Source: Sarea resinae
Taxonomy: Eukaryota
Direction: 5' to 3'
DNA: 64,000 bases
Assembly (NCBI GenBank): GCA_026026165.1
Contig: JAPEUD010000011.1
Location: forward strand, 1 to 64,000
Below the pieces are notes generated by a model, which worked only from the letters and a program-made list of their open reading frames with translations, searched no databases and was not told the DNA's origin. Shown here one piece after another: positions 60,301 to 64,000 of the stretch. Within the stretch, counting starts at the first letter, position 1. Every line of letters begins with the position of its first letter. The translations under genes and the position numbers were made by a program.

Positions 60301-63300
60301 AACGACCCTGGCAACTTGGCCAGCGATGTAATCACATCATACAGTAGATCATCGCTGCGCTCCAAAGTACAGTACCGCCCCTCGCCTGTGCGAAATTTAT
60401 GGCCACCGCTTGAAGAAAGGACAGATTTGAAGAGCTCGGACCGCTGAGATACACAAAAATCCGGTTCGGGAAGGAAAGAATGAAGGGGAAAGAGGTGAGC
60501 GAGCAGACGCCCATCGCTTTTTCCGCGCCCATACGCCAGTAATGCTCGAGGGAATGATCTTGTCCAGCTCTTGAAGGCGTAATGAGATGAAGACAACGAA
60601 GCCTCAGCCATGCATGAAAAGAATGATTGGTCGAAGAGTGAAGAGTGAAGAGTTTAAAATCCTCGATGCTCGAATGAGTTCCCACGCAATTGAGGGATCC
60701 AATTCGAGCACCCGAGGTGTCGCCATGTCAATCGATATGCAGACTGAGGTAGGATGTCTTAGCCAACAAAGTGATATCTCCGTAGCTCTATGATCCTTAC
60801 CTATCAGCCGCCGCAGGCATCGCATGCCTCGTTATGGACTATGTGCTTGTCCTTGAGCACTCCGCAGCTCGTCCCTCGGGACTTGGCACACGGAGCTATC
60901 TCCGCGACTCGATGGCCACAGCCATAGACGTGAATGATCCTCGTACACATCTTGGAGGAGCGTGAGATCTTTGATGATAGGTCGTTCTGTCCATACGATC
61001 AGTCAGCCGTACAGAGGAAGTTTGATGTTGCCCGGCTCCTCACCTGACGAAGGCAAGCAGTGAAGATAGGTGCACACGCAGCTGGGAGAGGAAGATGTTG
61101 GCAAAGTCGAGAGCCAAGTGACAGTAGATGGCAATGAAGTATTTCAATGGAGGACGATGGAGGATAGAGCTCGAGATGGCAGTGATGTTTGACTGATGAG
61201 AACGGGCTCGGACACCTCTTTATAGAATCCCTTACGCTCAAGCTCGCCGCATCGCGGGATCCGAATCACAGACAATTTACGTTTGCGACACTGGATGCGG
61301 CGTAAAATACAATCGTTGGTCGAGGTTCCCTTGGGGTCTAAGAACGGCCTTGCAGCACAAGCAGGCCAATGATCGCCGGGCCACTGCTAGCGGCAAGCAG
61401 CAGCGCGGATCATGGCGACGCCGCAGGCGTAGAATGTCTATCGATTCTGGGTCTCCTTGTATGTAGGTACGGCGTAGGGAGGTCGGCAGGCAAGCAGGCA
61501 AGCAGGCAGGCAGGTAGGCAGGCAGGCAGGCCGAGATGTAAATGGGCAGGTAGGGGTTGAGGAAGGACATACACAGGGAAGGGTCTCAAACCGCGTCTAA
61601 TCAGCGGGCTGCGGCCGGGGATCCACAGGACACAGGATCTTTCTGCGTAACGAATCGTGGTTGTCCGCATCGCTCACTCGCTACTAGTATCATTGCTCAA
61701 CTTTGGCCATCGTGGACCAAAAGCAGCTTGCTAGATCGGATGGAGAGCAGCTAGTCACGGTAGGGAGGCAGGCAGACGGATGGATGCCACCGTGGGCACA
61801 GCACACAAGACACCAAGGCACAGGCACAAGGCACGGGGGAGGGCCCTTTCATCATTGCATATGTCACCGCACTTTTCCCTTCTCCATCCTTCCTGCCGAC
61901 CTCCCTGAGGTCCATTACTCAATGACTCCCTTCTTCCTGGCCAAGCTCAGCTCGATCGATAGAGCGATGGAGAGCGCGAGGCCGACTGGAGTGTCCGAAT
62001 CCCGTCTGAACCGCCTGCGGCACTGTCTTCGCCGTAACTTTCTCTCTCCACTCTCCACTTCTAACCCCCGATCCTGTCTCTCCCCTGACCGTCTAAATAG
62101 CCAACGACCTGCGCCGCAATGGCTGGATAAAGAGGTTTCCGTCGTATTGCTTCAGCTCCGGTTGAGTCCTCCCTGACACGGTTACGGAGAGGCGTAGAAA
62201 TAGGTGCACCGACGGCAAAGTCGACAGGGAAAGAAGGTTCAGCACCCGTCATGCGCAGTGCATCGCCGCCGCCGCCGCCGCCGCCGCCCTTTCTACGTAG
62301 GGAGTATGGCAGAAGGGTAATGAGGTTGGATAAGAGTAGCTTATTCGGCCCTGCTGCCTCGGAGGATACACTAGCCATCACCGGGATCGACCTGCCACGG
62401 GCCACGACGCAGGAGATCTTCCTTCCTCTCTATTCGGCATCCAAGAACGATCAGGTGTCACGACCTTGGCGGCTGCATTGACGAATAGACGCACGGGAGG
62501 GATGTCGTTGGGTAGGGCCCCCGGACAAGGTTCAGGCGGGAGGAATGAAAGTTAGATCTACGACCGTTCCATACCCGCCAGGCAGCCTCTCATTCGTTTG
62601 TGCCTACGTGAAACTTCAGCCATGTCCACGAAGCAATTCTCGGCTGGTTAAGGTCGCGCATGGAAGAGGCCCAATTGGCCTCGCTGCCTTCACTTATCAC
62701 CACCTACCGGCAGATAATCGAAAAAGAAAAGATGGCAGCCGCGCGAAAGAGCACGGGTCCGCGCGATCATTCGATAGTGATGGTGATGGCAATGAATCTC
62801 TCGTCCAAGGTACCCGTCAGGATAGGTGAACCAGGTCAGGTAGGCAGAAGGGGAGGTCAGGTAGGTATTACTAAATGATTGATCGAATTGATCGATATTC
62901 CGATCCAGTGATTGTGCGCGGCGAACAACAATGAATAGCCCAAAATCGATCCTGGAATCGGCGCGTCTCGCAAATCCAGACCGACTTTATGTACGGACGC
63001 AGAGATGCGAGACCTTGAGGCGCTCTCTCTCATTCATGCTATGAATCGGTCACATTTTTGGGGGTCGTGTCTGATAGATCGGTCTCGGCAGACTGCCGGT
63101 GATGGGATTGAGAAATCTTTATACTTTCTGGGCAAGATTTACCTTTTCTGCCTCCTGCTCGCTGCGCAGACAGGATGAACACTAAAGGAGATTCAACCTT
63201 CCGATCAGATTTCATGCACGGCGCGCGCCAGAAGTGTTCGTGGGCTTGGGTCGCAACTGATCAGTCGATTGGCGAACGGACCGAGGCAAGGGCGCAACTG

Positions 63301-64000
63301 CTGTGCTACACGATGCGCGACTCTTGGGTTTCCAACCCAGGTTTTGATCATCTTCCACCTCATGGCACTCACCGACTCTGGGGTTGGGGGAGGAGATCCG
63401 ATTCACTGGATTCGTCATGGTCAGGCATGAGTGCATTTGAGAAATCTCTTTCCGCTGCGAATAGAGAACCGGCTCTCTTGGAATCCATCATCACACAAAA
63501 GAAGGAGAAGAAGAGGGAGGGAGGCGTGATATTTATGGCGACCGACAAAGGTGGTCATTGAGATGCATAAGGTAGGTAGGTTGGAATGGAAGATACTGGG
63601 ATCCAGGCTACCTGGAGCCTACCACAGCTACTACAAGGGTCTTTTTGTCGATATCTACCAAATGGCAAAGCGGCTGCTCATCCGTTTGCCCTCGGTCATA
63701 TCCCGTGGAAGACGGGAATAGTACAGGATCCTCGGGTGAGTGGTTGATATGACCGTCGCAGCACCCATGATGCTTCAATCTAGGTGCAGCCAGCCGCAAA
63801 CTGTAAGGTACCTAGCTCTCAAGCATTACAATGTCCTATTTTAGTGCCTGAGACTGCCGACTTCCGGGCGCATTCAATGCATCGATCGAAAAATCCAGCT
63901 CCAGTAGACAAACAAACAAATACGTGACTGGCTGGCTGGCTGGCTGGCTGGCCGATGGCCGCGGCGCGGGGACCTTGAGATGGAGCCTCTGATAGTTTAG

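Noticed and set aside
1..64000. Intact transposon, rRNA gene or CRISPR array
   Set aside because: No transposase, reverse transcriptase or integrase motifs, no LTR or TIR pairs, no rRNA-like sequence and no repeat-spacer array were seen.

Overview
Intron-containing genomic DNA from a filamentous ascomycete (Pezizomycotina-type: short GT-AG introns with CTRAC/CTRAT branch points, Zn2Cys6 factors, an NRPS-like enzyme). I could assemble 16 protein-coding genes by hand from splice signals. In order: a ZNFX1-like SF1 helicase with NF-X1 zinc fingers and a C-terminal RZ finger; a possible small secondary-metabolite group (DHA2 MFS transporter, divergent Zn2Cys6 factor, A-T-R NRPS-like reductase); a spartin/senescence-domain protein; short/branched-chain acyl-CoA dehydrogenase; a second Zn2Cys6 factor; xylitol dehydrogenase; ACR3 arsenite exporter; a CAX Ca2+/H+ exchanger; a Cps1-like GT2 polysaccharide synthase; GH2 beta-mannosidase; VPS28; an EFM2/Rrg1-like methyltransferase; a hypothetical protein; PAN6; and MDM12. 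Long gene-poor stretches (about 33.9-39.2, 40.8-46.0 and 57.4-64 kb) are rich in microsatellites. Most notable observations: a degenerate tRNA-like Pol III element with a UCA-anticodon-type hairpin (44.3-44.4 kb); a 3-nt microexon in the CAX gene; two GC-AG introns; an exact 9-mer (TACGGAGTA) found six times, only outside CDS; a dense STRE/CreA/G-quadruplex array upstream of xylitol dehydrogenase; and the RZ finger of the ZNFX1-like gene, which is split by an intron. No CRISPR array, rRNA gene or intact transposon was seen. No database search was possible, so family calls rest on recognised motifs.
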